A stretch of 64,000 nt of DNA from NCBI GenBank assembly GCA_045651165.1, contig JAZRRX010000037.1:584-64583 (forward strand), in the 5' to 3' direction. The position numbers were made by a program, and so were the translations under genes. The DNA comes from Eubacteriales bacterium. GTDB taxonomy: Bacteria > Bacillota > Clostridia > Oscillospirales > CAG-272. The notes under the pieces were generated by a model that made no database searches, had not been told where the DNA came from, and saw only the letters and a list, made by a program, of their open reading frames with translations. Positions 48,160 to 58,502 of the stretch are shown piece by piece. Positions within the stretch are counted from its first letter, which is position 1. Every line of letters starts with the position of its first letter.

Positions 48160-48912
48160 TTATCCAAGTAAAACGTCTGAAATAAGCATTATGCAAAATC
48201 CAACTAAAAGGGCATAGGTTGCACCACGCTCATTTCCGTGTGAGTGAGTTTCGGGAATCATTTCATCGCTTATAACATACAGCATTGTTCCGCCTGCAAA
48301 TGCAAGTGAGAAGGGAAGAATAACTTGTGCTACGCTAACAGCGAAGAATCCTATCATTGTACCAACGACTTCAATAAGTCCTGTTGCTGCTGCACAGATG
48401 AATGTCTTTTTGGGAGTGATACCACTTGCGAGCATTGGAGCGATAATAACCATACCTTCGGGAATGTTTTGAAGAGCAATGCCGCCTGCTATAAGCAATG
48501 CCTGCGTTTCGTTGCCTGAACCAAAACCAACTCCTGCCGCAATTCCTTCGGGCAAGTTGTGTATGGCAATCGCGGTAACGAATAACAAAACCTTGCTAAT
48601 ATTGGCATTGTTATGTGCTTCGGTATCTGCGCCCACGAGCTTGTGCAAATGGGGGACGAGTTTATCCACAAGGTTTAAGCATAATGCACCTGTGAATATA
48701 CCGACAACTGTAACGATGATTCCAAATTTATCTCCGTATTCAAGAGATGGCAGAATCAATCCCAACACTGCCGCTGCCAACATGACGCCTGCAGCAAATC
48801 CGAGTGTTATATCGGTGAATTTGTGTGATATTTTTTTGAATGCGAAGCCGAGAAGAGCGCCAATAACAGTTGCCCCACCAACTCCGAGTGCAGTTAGCAA
48901 TACTAAATTCAT
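48160..48912 (-). CDS. ZIP family metal transporter
   Basis: FAAGVML, IHNLPEG, QNIPEG and EMIPE. Confidence 0.93.
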   Translation of the reverse strand: MNLVLLTALGVGGATVIGALLGFAFKKISHKFTDITLGFAAGVMLAAAVLGLILPSLEYGDKFGIIVTVVGIFTGALCLNLVDKLVPHLHKLVGADTEAHNNANISKVLLFVTAIAIHNLPEGIAAGVGFGSGNETQALLIAGGIALQNIPEGMVIIAPMLASGITPKKTFICAAATGLIEVVGTMIGFFAVSVAQVILPFSLAFAGGTMLYVISDEMIPETHSHGNERGATYALLVGFCIMLISDVLLG

Positions 48913-49136
48913 AAAATATATCTCCGAAAGTAACTTTACACAATTATACATAATAATTATAGCACACTTTTTCTGCTTTTTCAATAAGAAAATATTATAT
49001 TATTAATTTTTTTGATTTACAAAGAATTAATATATTGTTCATTGTATGTTGACAAAACAATTTTGGTGTGTTACAATAACAAAGGGCTTCATTAAGAGGC
49101 TTTTTTATTAAAATACAACTTTGGAGGCATCATCTT

Positions 49137-50540
49137 ATGGCAAAAAATCAAAAAACGCCCGGTGGTCTTACCAAGAAACATTGGTTTGGCTATATGTTCG
49201 GTGACTGGGGTGGATGCATGACATTTACACTCATGGCAAGCATCTTCTCTATGTACTGCACTAACGTTTTGGGCATCAACCCCACAGTTATGGGTGTTCT
49301 TACAATTATTTGGACAATTTGGGACGCTATTAATGACCCGATGATGGGTGCACTTATGGATAAGGCATTTGCTAAGAGTCAGAATAAGCGTGGAAAATTC
49401 CGTCCTTGGATTCTTCGTTCAACTCCCCTTCTTGCAATTACAGCTATAGCTCTTTGGACAGTACCTACATTCCTTGATGGTATTCCGCTTCTTGTTGCAT
49501 TGTTCTCATTGAAGATTCTCTATGAGGGTTCTTATACAATGTTCAACATTCCCATGGGCTCTTTGCTTTCTGCAATGTCCACCAATGACTCGGAGCGTGC
49601 ATCATTGTCATCTGCTCGTGGTGTTGGTTCTATGTTTGGTAATATGATTCCCGGTATGATAGGCCCTGTAGTTATCGGTATGTTTGGCGATACAAAGTCA
49701 ACAGGTTATATGATTACTGGCGTAATTATGGCAATTATCGGATTTGTAATTTGCTTGCTTCACTATGCACTCACTGAAGAGCGCACAGTAGTTGCTGCAG
49801 AAACAAAAGCAGAAGATATTAAGTTTACTGACATTTTCAATGTTGTTAAAAAGAATCGTCCTTTCTTGGCACTTTGTGTTCATGGCGTTTGTATCTGTAC
49901 AATGCAATATCTTGTTCAGAACATTAGCATGTATATGTATTCTGCTGTATATCACGATGTTACTTATCAGACAATCGGTTCTGCATTGTCATCACCCTTT
50001 ATGATTGGTTCTATGATTGCAGTGCCTTTTATGTGTAAGAAACTCGGACTTGAAAAGCTTATTCGTTATTCGCTTCTTATAGGCGGTGGCATTTGCGGCG
50101 TTCTTTTCGCAATGCATCTCTTTATGGAAGTAAATCCCCTTGTTCACGGCGTTATCCTTGGTATTGGTTCAGGTATGGCTATGGTATCTATTCAGATGCA
50201 GTGGGGACTTGTTGGTGAAGCTATCGACTATAATGAATATATCACAGGTAAGAGAACTGAGGGCTCTATTTACGGTACATTCAACCTCTCTCGTCGTATA
50301 GGTCAGACAGTGGGTCTCGGATTTAGTTTCTTCGCTCTTGACTGGATTGGATACAAACCCGAGCTTGTTACACAGAGCGCAGGTACAATTTTCGGCTTTA
50401 AGGCTCTTTGCGTATTGACTCCTGCAATTTTCATCCTTGGTTCTTGGGCTGCATTCAAGTTCATTTGGAACATTACTCCTGAGGTTCGTGCAAAGATGTC
50501 AGAAAAAAAGACAACTTTGGCTGAAGAAAAGGCAGAATAA
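49137..50540 (+). CDS. MFS glycoside-pentoside-hexuronide symporter
   Basis: WDAINDPMMG, GKFRPW and DYNE...GKRTEG. Confidence 0.92.
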   Translation: MAKNQKTPGGLTKKHWFGYMFGDWGGCMTFTLMASIFSMYCTNVLGINPTVMGVLTIIWTIWDAINDPMMGALMDKAFAKSQNKRGKFRPWILRSTPLLAITAIALWTVPTFLDGIPLLVALFSLKILYEGSYTMFNIPMGSLLSAMSTNDSERASLSSARGVGSMFGNMIPGMIGPVVIGMFGDTKSTGYMITGVIMAIIGFVICLLHYALTEERTVVAAETKAEDIKFTDIFNVVKKNRPFLALCVHGVCICTMQYLVQNISMYMYSAVYHDVTYQTIGSALSSPFMIGSMIAVPFMCKKLGLEKLIRYSLLIGGGICGVLFAMHLFMEVNPLVHGVILGIGSGMAMVSIQMQWGLVGEAIDYNEYITGKRTEGSIYGTFNLSRRIGQTVGLGFSFFALDWIGYKPELVTQSAGTIFGFKALCVLTPAIFILGSWAAFKFIWNITPEVRAKMSEKKTTLAEEKAE

Positions 50541-50608
50541 TTATTTAACTTTTAAGAATTATATCAAGTGGCACTGTTGAGTGCCACTTGAGTTTTAAGG
50601 AGATAATT

Positions 50609-51967
50609 ATGGAAAAATATATTATTAATACCCCGTGTGGTGAAATAAAAGGTACGTCTTGCCGACTTGATGGCGTTGTTGCTTTCAAGGGCATTCGTTA
50701 TGCTAATGCTGGCAGATGGGAATATCCAAAGCAGGTAACATCTTGGGATGGCATTTATGATGCCACAAAATATGGTAATTGCTCATATCAGCCACGCACT
50801 TTTTATGACGAAGAATATAATGAAAAGAAATATTTCTATTATAAGGAATTCCGCAAGGGTGAAACTTACAACTATAGTGAGGATTGTTTGTTCCTTAATA
50901 TTTGGAAACCCGAGGAAGCAAAAGAGGGCGACAAATTACCTGTTCTTTTTTATATTCACGGCGGTGGATTTACAGGTGGATGTGGACACGAAAAGCATTT
51001 TGATGATCCTGTTTGGGCACAAAAGGGAATTATTGGTGTAACAATCAACTATCGTTTAGGCCCTATGGGATTTATAACACTCCCTGAACTTAGAGACGAA
51101 GCGGTAAAAACAGGAAACTATGGTCTTTATGACCAGCTTTGCGCAATTAATTGGATAAGAGATAATATCTCTGCGTTTGGTGGCGACCCCGAAGCTATTA
51201 CAATTATGGGACAGAGTGCGGGTGGAATGAGCGTGCAGCAGCATTGTTTGAGCCCTCTTTCAGAAGGACTTTTCCGTGGCGCAGTAATGAGTAGTGGTGG
51301 TGGAGTTAATAAGATTCTTTCTGCTGCTCCTGCTGACAAAATGTTTGATTTTTGGCATGCGGTTATGGAAAATTGTGGTGCTAATAATCTCGATGAATTT
51401 CGCAGGGTAGCTCCTGATAAACTTTTTGAAGCTTGGCAGAGAACTCAAAAGGAATTGAAAAAACCTGCATCATGTTTCCCGTGCATTGACGGAGAATTTG
51501 TGGTTGGTACGGGTTGCGAGCTTTTTGAAGCTAAAAAGCATCACAAGATAAATTATCTTGTTGGTTCAACTAGTCACGATATGATGACACTCTTTATGAG
51601 CTCGATGGCTAAGGGGTGGTGCGAAAATCAAGAAAAGAGCAGTTATACATGGATGTTTGATCGCATTTTGCCAGGTGAAACAAATGGCGCATGGCATTCT
51701 GCTGACCTTTGGTATTGGTTTGACACACTTGACAACGGTTGGCGTCCTTGGGAAGAGCAGGATAGAAAAATTGCATCTCTTATGAGTGATTATCTTGTGA
51801 ACTTTGTAAAGACGGGTAATCCCAATGGTGATGGACTTCCTAATTGGAAAACCGCACAGGATAGCAAAAAATCGTTATTTATTGGAGAGGGTGAGCCAAG
51901 AATGGCAACCCCTTCTAAACTTAAACTTCTTTGGACTATGCTTACTACCAAATCAGTGGGAGAATAA
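50609..51967 (+). CDS. type B carboxylesterase
   Basis: SEDCLFLNIW, HGGG, GQSAG and AWHSAD. Confidence 0.93.
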   Translation: MEKYIINTPCGEIKGTSCRLDGVVAFKGIRYANAGRWEYPKQVTSWDGIYDATKYGNCSYQPRTFYDEEYNEKKYFYYKEFRKGETYNYSEDCLFLNIWKPEEAKEGDKLPVLFYIHGGGFTGGCGHEKHFDDPVWAQKGIIGVTINYRLGPMGFITLPELRDEAVKTGNYGLYDQLCAINWIRDNISAFGGDPEAITIMGQSAGGMSVQQHCLSPLSEGLFRGAVMSSGGGVNKILSAAPADKMFDFWHAVMENCGANNLDEFRRVAPDKLFEAWQRTQKELKKPASCFPCIDGEFVVGTGCELFEAKKHHKINYLVGSTSHDMMTLFMSSMAKGWCENQEKSSYTWMFDRILPGETNGAWHSADLWYWFDTLDNGWRPWEEQDRKIASLMSDYLVNFVKTGNPNGDGLPNWKTAQDSKKSLFIGEGEPRMATPSKLKLLWTMLTTKSVGE

Positions 51968-52075
51968 AAATACAACGGCGAGCAAAAACTCGCCGTTTTT
52001 CTTTGATTTTTTATTGACAAATCAAGGGTTTTGCTATAAAATGGTTTTATAATTATTTTTTATAAGGAGAAAACT

Positions 52076-53875
52076 ATGAAAGACAGAAAAGACATACCCG
52101 CTAAATATAAGTGGGATTTATCCGTAATTTATGCGGACGAAAAGGCATTTTACGAAGATTATGCCAAGGTTGAAAAGATGCTTAAGGAATTTCCTAAGCA
52201 CGAAAAGACGATGACAAAGAGTGCAGAGGGGCTTTATGCGTGCCTTCGCGCGATGTGTGACGTTGAAGCAATCATTGAAAAGCTTTGGAGCTATGCATCT
52301 CTTAACTTCTCAGTTGATTCTTCAAACAACGCTTTCCAGGCGCTTAATGGAAAGGTTCGTTCACTCGCTGTGCAGGCGGGTGCGGCTTCTTGGTTTGTAT
52401 CTCCTCGCCTTCTTGCTCTTGATACAGAAACAGTGAATGGTTGGTTCTCAGAATATCCCGCTCTTGAAACATTCCGCAGAATGATTGAAACAACTATGAG
52501 AACAAAACCCCATATGCTCTCTGACGAATGCGAACAACTTATGTCCAAACTCCAAGACGGCTTTGGAACACATGGAGATATTAGAAGCATCTTTGCAAAT
52601 AGCGACCTTCGTTTTGGCAAAATTAGAAACGAAGATGGCAAACTCGTTGAACTTACTGATACAAACTATGTAACATTCCTTATGAGTGGCAACCGCAGAG
52701 TGCGTCAAGCGGCTTTCAGAAAGCTCTATGAAACATACGCTCAGTTTGGCAATACATTTGCAACAACATTCAATGCTATGGTGCGTGAAAGAGGTACTCT
52801 TGCAAAAGTTAGAGGATATAAGAATTCCATTACTGCATCCACATTCCGTGATGAAGTAACTCCCGATATTTATAACAACCTTATTAACTGTGTTCACACA
52901 GGTCTTCCTGCGCTTTATGATTACTATGCACTCAAAGCAGAGGTTCTTGGCGTGCAGAAACTTCACTTGTATGATGTTTATGCTCCTCTTATTGGTGAAC
53001 TTGACAGAGTTTACACATACGATGAAGCAGTTGAAGAGGTTCTTGAAACCGTTAAGATTTATGGTGATGAATACTACAATGCACTCAAAGCAGGTCTTAC
53101 AGAAAAGGGTTGGGTTGACGTATATCCTAGCCGTGGTAAGAGAGGTGGCGCGTTTAGTTCAGGTACACCTGATACAGAACCATATATCCTTCTTAACTAC
53201 AAAGAAACTCTTGATGACGTATCCACTCTTGCTCACGAAGCAGGACACTCAATGCACACTTGGTTCTCAACTCACTACAACGAGCCCCACAATTCAAGTT
53301 ACACAATTTTCGTAGCAGAGGTTGCTTCTACTGTTAACGAACTTTTGTTGTTCCATAGAAAGCTCCGTGAATGCACTGACGATAACGAAAAGCTCTATAT
53401 CCTCAATCAGTTGATGGAAACGTATAAGGGAACACTTTATCGTCAAACTATGTTTGCTGAATTTGAACGTGATATGCACGCGATGAGCGAAAAGGGAACT
53501 CCTCTTACTGCTGACGTGGTTAATAAGCACTACTACAAACTCGTTAAGAAGTATTTTGGCAAGGATGTTGCAGTTGACAAGCAGATTTCTATGGAATGGA
53601 TGAGAATTCCTCACTTCTATTCAAGTTTCTATGTTTATAAGTACGCAACTTGCATTAGCGCGGCTTCTGCCATCGTTAAGAGAATTGAAAATGAGGGCGC
53701 GGCTTATGTAAATCAGTACATTGATTTCCTTAAGTGTGGCGGCTCAAAGTCACCTCTTGATTCACTCCTTGTTGCAGGAATTGATATGAGAGATCCTGAG
53801 GTTGTTAACGGCGCAATCGAAGATTTCAGAAGCGCAGTTGAAGAATTCAGAGCAATCTATAATAAGAGAAAATAA
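52076..53875 (+). CDS. pepF: oligoendopeptidase F
   Basis: KWDLS, GKRGGAF, TLAHEAGHSMH, AEVAST and RIPHFY. Confidence 0.95.
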   Translation: MKDRKDIPAKYKWDLSVIYADEKAFYEDYAKVEKMLKEFPKHEKTMTKSAEGLYACLRAMCDVEAIIEKLWSYASLNFSVDSSNNAFQALNGKVRSLAVQAGAASWFVSPRLLALDTETVNGWFSEYPALETFRRMIETTMRTKPHMLSDECEQLMSKLQDGFGTHGDIRSIFANSDLRFGKIRNEDGKLVELTDTNYVTFLMSGNRRVRQAAFRKLYETYAQFGNTFATTFNAMVRERGTLAKVRGYKNSITASTFRDEVTPDIYNNLINCVHTGLPALYDYYALKAEVLGVQKLHLYDVYAPLIGELDRVYTYDEAVEEVLETVKIYGDEYYNALKAGLTEKGWVDVYPSRGKRGGAFSSGTPDTEPYILLNYKETLDDVSTLAHEAGHSMHTWFSTHYNEPHNSSYTIFVAEVASTVNELLLFHRKLRECTDDNEKLYILNQLMETYKGTLYRQTMFAEFERDMHAMSEKGTPLTADVVNKHYYKLVKKYFGKDVAVDKQISMEWMRIPHFYSSFYVYKYATCISAASAIVKRIENEGAAYVNQYIDFLKCGGSKSPLDSLLVAGIDMRDPEVVNGAIEDFRSAVEEFRAIYNKRK

Positions 53876-53975
53876 TACAAAAATATGGGGACTTGTGTAA
53901 GTCCCCATAACTTTTTCTTGTATCTTTTGTTTATGTATGGTATAATTAATTTAACAAATTTTAAGGAGCAAAAAT

Positions 53976-54392
53976 ATGAAGGGTTACAACGTTATCGTGG
54001 TTTTTGATAAAGAGGCGGACAAAATGCTTATGTGTAATAGGATTAAAGACCCTTATAAAGGTCTTTCGAATTTTGTCGGCGGAAAAATTGAAAAGAATGA
54101 AAACGGATATGATGCCGCATATCGCGAGCTTTTTGAAGAAACTGCGATAACAAAAGAGGATATAAAATTAACACACCTTATGGATTTCACCTATCATATG
54201 GCGCAAGAATACGTTGAAGTTTACATTGGCAGACTCAATAAAGATGTTGAAATCAAGGGTGATGAAAACATTCTCTATTGGTCTGATTTCAACCACAATT
54301 TCTTTGATCCCACTCTCTACGCAGGTGAGGGCAATATCGGTCATATCATGATGCATATCGACTTTGATAGGGAGAGGTTACTTGAATTATGA
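53976..54392 (+). CDS. NUDIX hydrolase
   Basis: GGKIE...AAYRELFEET Nudix box. Confidence 0.9.
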   Translation: MKGYNVIVVFDKEADKMLMCNRIKDPYKGLSNFVGGKIEKNENGYDAAYRELFEETAITKEDIKLTHLMDFTYHMAQEYVEVYIGRLNKDVEIKGDENILYWSDFNHNFFDPTLYAGEGNIGHIMMHIDFDRERLLEL

Positions 54393-54904
54393 GTGGTGGA
54401 AATACATTACCCAAAAGAAAAAGCACCCGTTTAAAAGAGTTTGATTATAATGATACTGCAATATATTTCATAACGATATGTGTACAGCATAGAGAGTGCT
54501 TGCTTTCCTCGATTGTAGGGACAGGCGTCCTCGACTGTCCGTACGTGAAATTGACAGAATACGGGCGAATAGCGGAGAAATATATAAAGCAGTTGAATGA
54601 TTTTTATAATCATATAACAATTACGGACTATGTTATAATGCCAAATCACATACATTTAATAATCTATATTCGAATGGACGGACAGTCGAGGACCCCTGTC
54701 CCTACAACTAAAGCGAATAGTGAATACTCAAAATTCATATCAACCTTTAAGCGTTTTTGTAACAAAGAGTATGGATATAATATTTGGCAAGCTCGTTCGT
54801 ATGAACATATCATTAGAAATTATAGTGATTACGAAGAAATATCAAAATACATCCACGAAAACCCACTAAAATGGCAATTTGATGAGTTGTATTGTGAAGA
54901 ATAA
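54389..54904 (+). CDS. REP-associated tyrosine transposase (RAYT/TnpA-REP, HUH Y1 nuclease)
   Basis: RKSTRL..FDY, YFITIC, VIMPNHIH (HUH), WQ..SYEHIIR and YIHENP (catalytic Tyr). Confidence 0.88.
   Translation: MSGGNTLPKRKSTRLKEFDYNDTAIYFITICVQHRECLLSSIVGTGVLDCPYVKLTEYGRIAEKYIKQLNDFYNHITITDYVIMPNHIHLIIYIRMDGQSRTPVPTTKANSEYSKFISTFKRFCNKEYGYNIWQARSYEHIIRNYSDYEEISKYIHENPLKWQFDELYCEE
54513..54707. repeat. inverted pair of 30-bp GTAG-type REP sequences inside the RAYT gene
   Basis: 54513-54542 versus the reverse complement of 54678-54707, 29/30 identical. Confidence 0.9.
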
Positions 54905-54916
54905 TTAGGAGATATT

Positions 54917-55240
54917 ATGTTAGGTAAAATTGTAAAGGTTATAGTTGATAGACCGCTTGGAAGTAATCATCCCAATTATGATGATATGGTTTATCCCATA
55001 AATTACGGTTATGTGGAGGGCATTATTGCCCCTGACGGTGAGGAGCAAGATGCGTATATTTTGGGAATTGATGAGCCGATAAATGAATATACGGGCAAAA
55101 TTATAGCGATTGTTCATCGCCTTAATGACATAGAAGATAAATGGATAGTAGCTCCTGAAGATACACATTATACAAAAGAAGAAATAATCAAACAAATAGA
55201 ATTTCAAGAACAGTTTTTTAAATATGAAATAATTATGTAA
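54917..55240 (+). CDS. small inorganic pyrophosphatase-like protein
   Basis: DRPLGS, YPINYGY, DGEEQDAY and EDKW. Confidence 0.8.
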   Translation: MLGKIVKVIVDRPLGSNHPNYDDMVYPINYGYVEGIIAPDGEEQDAYILGIDEPINEYTGKIIAIVHRLNDIEDKWIVAPEDTHYTKEEIIKQIEFQEQFFKYEIIM

Positions 55241-55283
55241 AAAATCCCGACGAATTTTTTCATCGGGAGTTTGTGTATTTGTG

Positions 55284-55535
55284 TTAGAATTTGTCGGATT
55301 TTATATCCTCCAGCTTATATAGGTGCCGTTTTTTTTTGTTTATTTCTGCAAAAATCCAATTAGAATTGCGCTTTTTGTACCGTTTAATTTCCTTTATAAT
55401 AGGAAGGATTTGTTTCTTTGTTACGTTTATTCCGTCTTTTTTTAGTTTTCTGCGAATAATCCCTGCTGTGAAATTGTTAAGAATCAATCGTGTGGGGGAA
55501 AGAAAAACGGTGTGATTATTTTTCTTTATCCTCAT
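55284..55535 (-). CDS. small basic hypothetical protein, C-terminus possibly frameshifted
   Basis: Begins 3 nt after the XRE gene stop; A9 run near the 3' end. Confidence 0.55.
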   Translation of the reverse strand: MRIKKNNHTVFLSPTRLILNNFTAGIIRRKLKKDGINVTKKQILPIIKEIKRYKKRNSNWIFAEINKKKRHLYKLEDIKSDKF

Positions 55536-55538
55536 ATT

Positions 55539-56039
55539 TTATTCCACAAACATTTGAATAATATCGCCGTTTGCGTCTTCAATATCTATAATATTGCCGA
55601 TTGCACCTTGATTTGCCATATTCAAAATCACATTAAGGTCTATATTTTTCAGAGCCTCGTTTTTTGAAAGATATGACATATTTAGCCCACTATCTAATAT
55701 AACCTTAATTATGGCAAGGGGGAGATTTACGCGCACCACGTCGCCGCCCTTACCGGTTATCATTATACGGAGCAACATATCCTCAATTTTCTTTCTCTCG
55801 TTTTCAGGTAACATTCTAACCGCCTGGGCTTCCTCTTTTTTGCCCGTGAGCAGCTCGTCGGTGCTTATACTGAGTGTTTTTGCAAGAAGCGGGAGCAAAG
55901 AAATATCGGGGCAGGTTTGATCGTTCTCCCATTTGCTTACAGCTTGAGAGCTTATACCGAGCTTTTCGGCAAGCTCGTCTTGCTTCATCTGCTTTTTGTG
56001 GCGTAGAGCTGCAATTCTTTTCCCTAAAGTTGTGTTCAT
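55539..56039 (-). CDS. XRE-family HTH regulator with C-terminal domain
   Basis: LGKRIAALR...QDELAEKLGISSQAVSKWE...PDI. Confidence 0.9.
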   Translation of the reverse strand: MNTTLGKRIAALRHKKQMKQDELAEKLGISSQAVSKWENDQTCPDISLLPLLAKTLSISTDELLTGKKEEAQAVRMLPENERKKIEDMLLRIMITGKGGDVVRVNLPLAIIKVILDSGLNMSYLSKNEALKNIDLNVILNMANQGAIGNIIDIEDANGDIIQMFVE

Positions 56040-56272
56040 AATTAAAACTCCTTTTTGATTGTTATTGTTTTTTTGTTGGGTGATTTATACCATCCGACGG
56101 TATCATTATATCACCCCAAATCTGCAAAGTGAAGATAACAACGGTTGAAAAAGTTTTAATTTGCTCAACCAAACAGAGAATTAACCCTCAACCGATGGTT
56201 GCTTGGTGTTTTTATGGAAAATCAAAACTCCCGACGGAATTTCTGTCGGGAGTTTTATGTATATACATTAAA

Positions 56273-57658
56273 TTATTTGCTCTTAATGTACTCATCCATT
56301 GCTTTTGCAGCTGTTTTACCAGCGCCCATTGCAAGGATAACTGTTGCAGCACCTGTTACGGCGTCACCGCCTGCGTAAACGCCTTCACGAGATGTAAGGC
56401 CGTTTTCGTCTGCGATAAAGCAACCCCATTTATTTGTTTCAAGACCCTTTGTTGTGTTTCTAATAAGGGGATTGGGGCTAGTACCTATGGACATGATTAC
56501 ACAGTCAACGTCAAGAACGAATTCGGAATCGGGTTTAACCATGGGACGACGTCTGCCAGAAGCATCGGGCTCACCGAGTTCCATCTCAACGCACTTGATT
56601 CCTGTTACGAACTTATGCTCGTCACCAAGTACTTCAATGGGATTTGTGAGTGTCTTAAAGATGATGCCTTCTTCTTCAGCGTGTTCAACCTCTTCCTTAC
56701 GAGCAGGAAGTTCTTCCATACCACGACGGTAAACGATATAAACGTTTTCTGCGCCAAGACGCTTTGCAGAACGAGCTGCGTCCATAGCAACGTTACCACC
56801 ACCAACGATTGCAACGTTCTTTGAATCCTTAATAGGTGTATCGGAGCCAGGAAGGTAAGCCTTCATAAGGTTAACTCTTGTCAAAAATTCATTTGCAGAG
56901 TAAACGCCCTTAAGGTTTTCGCCGGGAATATTCATAAAGTTGGGAAGACCTGCACCTGAGCCGATGAAGATTGCTTCATAACCCATAGCGAAGAGTTCGT
57001 CAACTTCAATTGTTCTACCAACAACAACGTTTGTTTCAACCTTAACGCCCATTGCCTGAAGGTTTTCGATTTCTCTTTGAACAATCTTCTTAGGAAGACG
57101 GAATTCGGGGATACCGTAAACAAGTACGCCGCCTGCCAAGTGGAGAGCTTCAAAAATTGTTACTTCGTAACCAAGTCTTGCAAGGTCACCAGCACATGTA
57201 AGACCTGAAGGACCTGCACCGATGATTGCGCATTTGTGTCCGTTGGATACGGGAGCTTCTGGCTTTTCTGTTGAATGAGCATTGTGCCAGTCAGCAACGA
57301 ATCTTTCAAGACGGCCGATAGCAACGGGTTCACCCTTAATACCTCTTACACACTTGCATTCGCACTGTGTTTCCTGGGGACAAACACGTCCACAAACTGC
57401 GGGAAGGGCAGAGCTTTGAGAGATGATCTGGTATGCGCCTTCAAAATCTCTCTCTTTTATCTTCATAATGAATGCGGGAATATCAATAGCAACAGGACAA
57501 CCGCCTACACAGGGTTTATTCTTACAGTTAAGGCATCTTTCCGCTTCGTTTACTGCCTGCTCCTCTGTATAACCAAGAGCAACCTCAAGGAAGTTACCGT
57601 TACGGACCATTGGGTCCTGAACGGGCATTTCGTTCTTTTTAAGACTCATATTAGCCAT
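56273..57658 (-). CDS. nfnB: NfnB/SudA-like (GltD-family) subunit of the electron-bifurcating transhydrogenase
   Basis: RCLNC..PC..GCP, CGRVCPQE..CE, GAGPSG, YGIPEFRLP and GGGNVAMD. Confidence 0.85.
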   Translation of the reverse strand: MANMSLKKNEMPVQDPMVRNGNFLEVALGYTEEQAVNEAERCLNCKNKPCVGGCPVAIDIPAFIMKIKERDFEGAYQIISQSSALPAVCGRVCPQETQCECKCVRGIKGEPVAIGRLERFVADWHNAHSTEKPEAPVSNGHKCAIIGAGPSGLTCAGDLARLGYEVTIFEALHLAGGVLVYGIPEFRLPKKIVQREIENLQAMGVKVETNVVVGRTIEVDELFAMGYEAIFIGSGAGLPNFMNIPGENLKGVYSANEFLTRVNLMKAYLPGSDTPIKDSKNVAIVGGGNVAMDAARSAKRLGAENVYIVYRRGMEELPARKEEVEHAEEEGIIFKTLTNPIEVLGDEHKFVTGIKCVEMELGEPDASGRRRPMVKPDSEFVLDVDCVIMSIGTSPNPLIRNTTKGLETNKWGCFIADENGLTSREGVYAGGDAVTGAATVILAMGAGKTAAKAMDEYIKSK

Positions 57659-57659
57659 T

Positions 57660-58502
57660 TTACTGTACCTCCTTGTTCAAAAGATTGCATGTTTCTTCGT
57701 GCTTCTGTCTTTCAAAGCCCTTATACATTGTTGAACGTTCGATTGCTTCATCGAAATCAACAAGGTGACCGTCGAAGTCGGGACCGTCAACACATGCAAA
57801 CTTTGTCTGACCACCAACAGTAAGACGACAACCGCCGCACATACCTGTACCATCAATCATAATGGGGTTCATAGAAACTACTGTGGGAATATTGTATTCC
57901 TTTGTGAGCTTGCAAACGAACTTCATCATTACAAGGGGACCGATTGCGATTACTTCATCGTAATTGTGACCTTCTTCGATAAGACCGAGAAGAGCGTTTG
58001 TAACAAGACCCTTTGTTCCGTGAGAACCGTCATCTGTCATGACTTCAAGAACGTCACTTGCTGCTGCAAATTCGTCTTCAAGGATAACAAGATCTTTGTT
58101 TCTAAAACCGATAATAGAGTGAACCTCTGCACCAAGTGCGTGAAGCTTCTTTGCGATAGGGTATGCGATAGCACAACCAACGCCACCACCAACTACTGCA
58201 ACCTTTTTAAGTCCATCTGTATGAGAGGGAACTCCAAGAGGGCCTACGAAGTCGTGAATGTAGTCGCCTTCTTCAAGACGGTTGAGCTTTTCTGTTGTTG
58301 AACCAACAATCTGGAAAATAATTGTAATTGTTCCTGCCTCGCGGTCGAAATCTGCAACTGTTAAAGGGATTCTTTCACCATTCTCGTCAACACGAAGAAT
58401 GATAAACTGACCGGGTTCTGCTTTTTTAGCAACGAGGGGTGCCTCAACGTCCATGAGTGTTACTGTTGGATTGAGGACTTTTTTTCTGAGAATTTTGTAC
58501 AT
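57660..58502 (-). CDS. nfnA: NfnA/SudB electron-transfer subunit
   Basis: PGQFII, ERIPLT, GPLG and DGTGMCGGCR...CVDGP. Confidence 0.88.
   Translation of the reverse strand: MYKILRKKVLNPTVTLMDVEAPLVAKKAEPGQFIILRVDENGERIPLTVADFDREAGTITIIFQIVGSTTEKLNRLEEGDYIHDFVGPLGVPSHTDGLKKVAVVGGGVGCAIAYPIAKKLHALGAEVHSIIGFRNKDLVILEDEFAAASDVLEVMTDDGSHGTKGLVTNALLGLIEEGHNYDEVIAIGPLVMMKFVCKLTKEYNIPTVVSMNPIMIDGTGMCGGCRLTVGGQTKFACVDGPDFDGHLVDFDEAIERSTMYKGFERQKHEETCNLLNKEVQ

Noticed and set aside
56273-57658. True glutamate synthase
   Set aside because: There is no GltB large subunit, and pairing with the NfnA-like gene indicates NfnAB.
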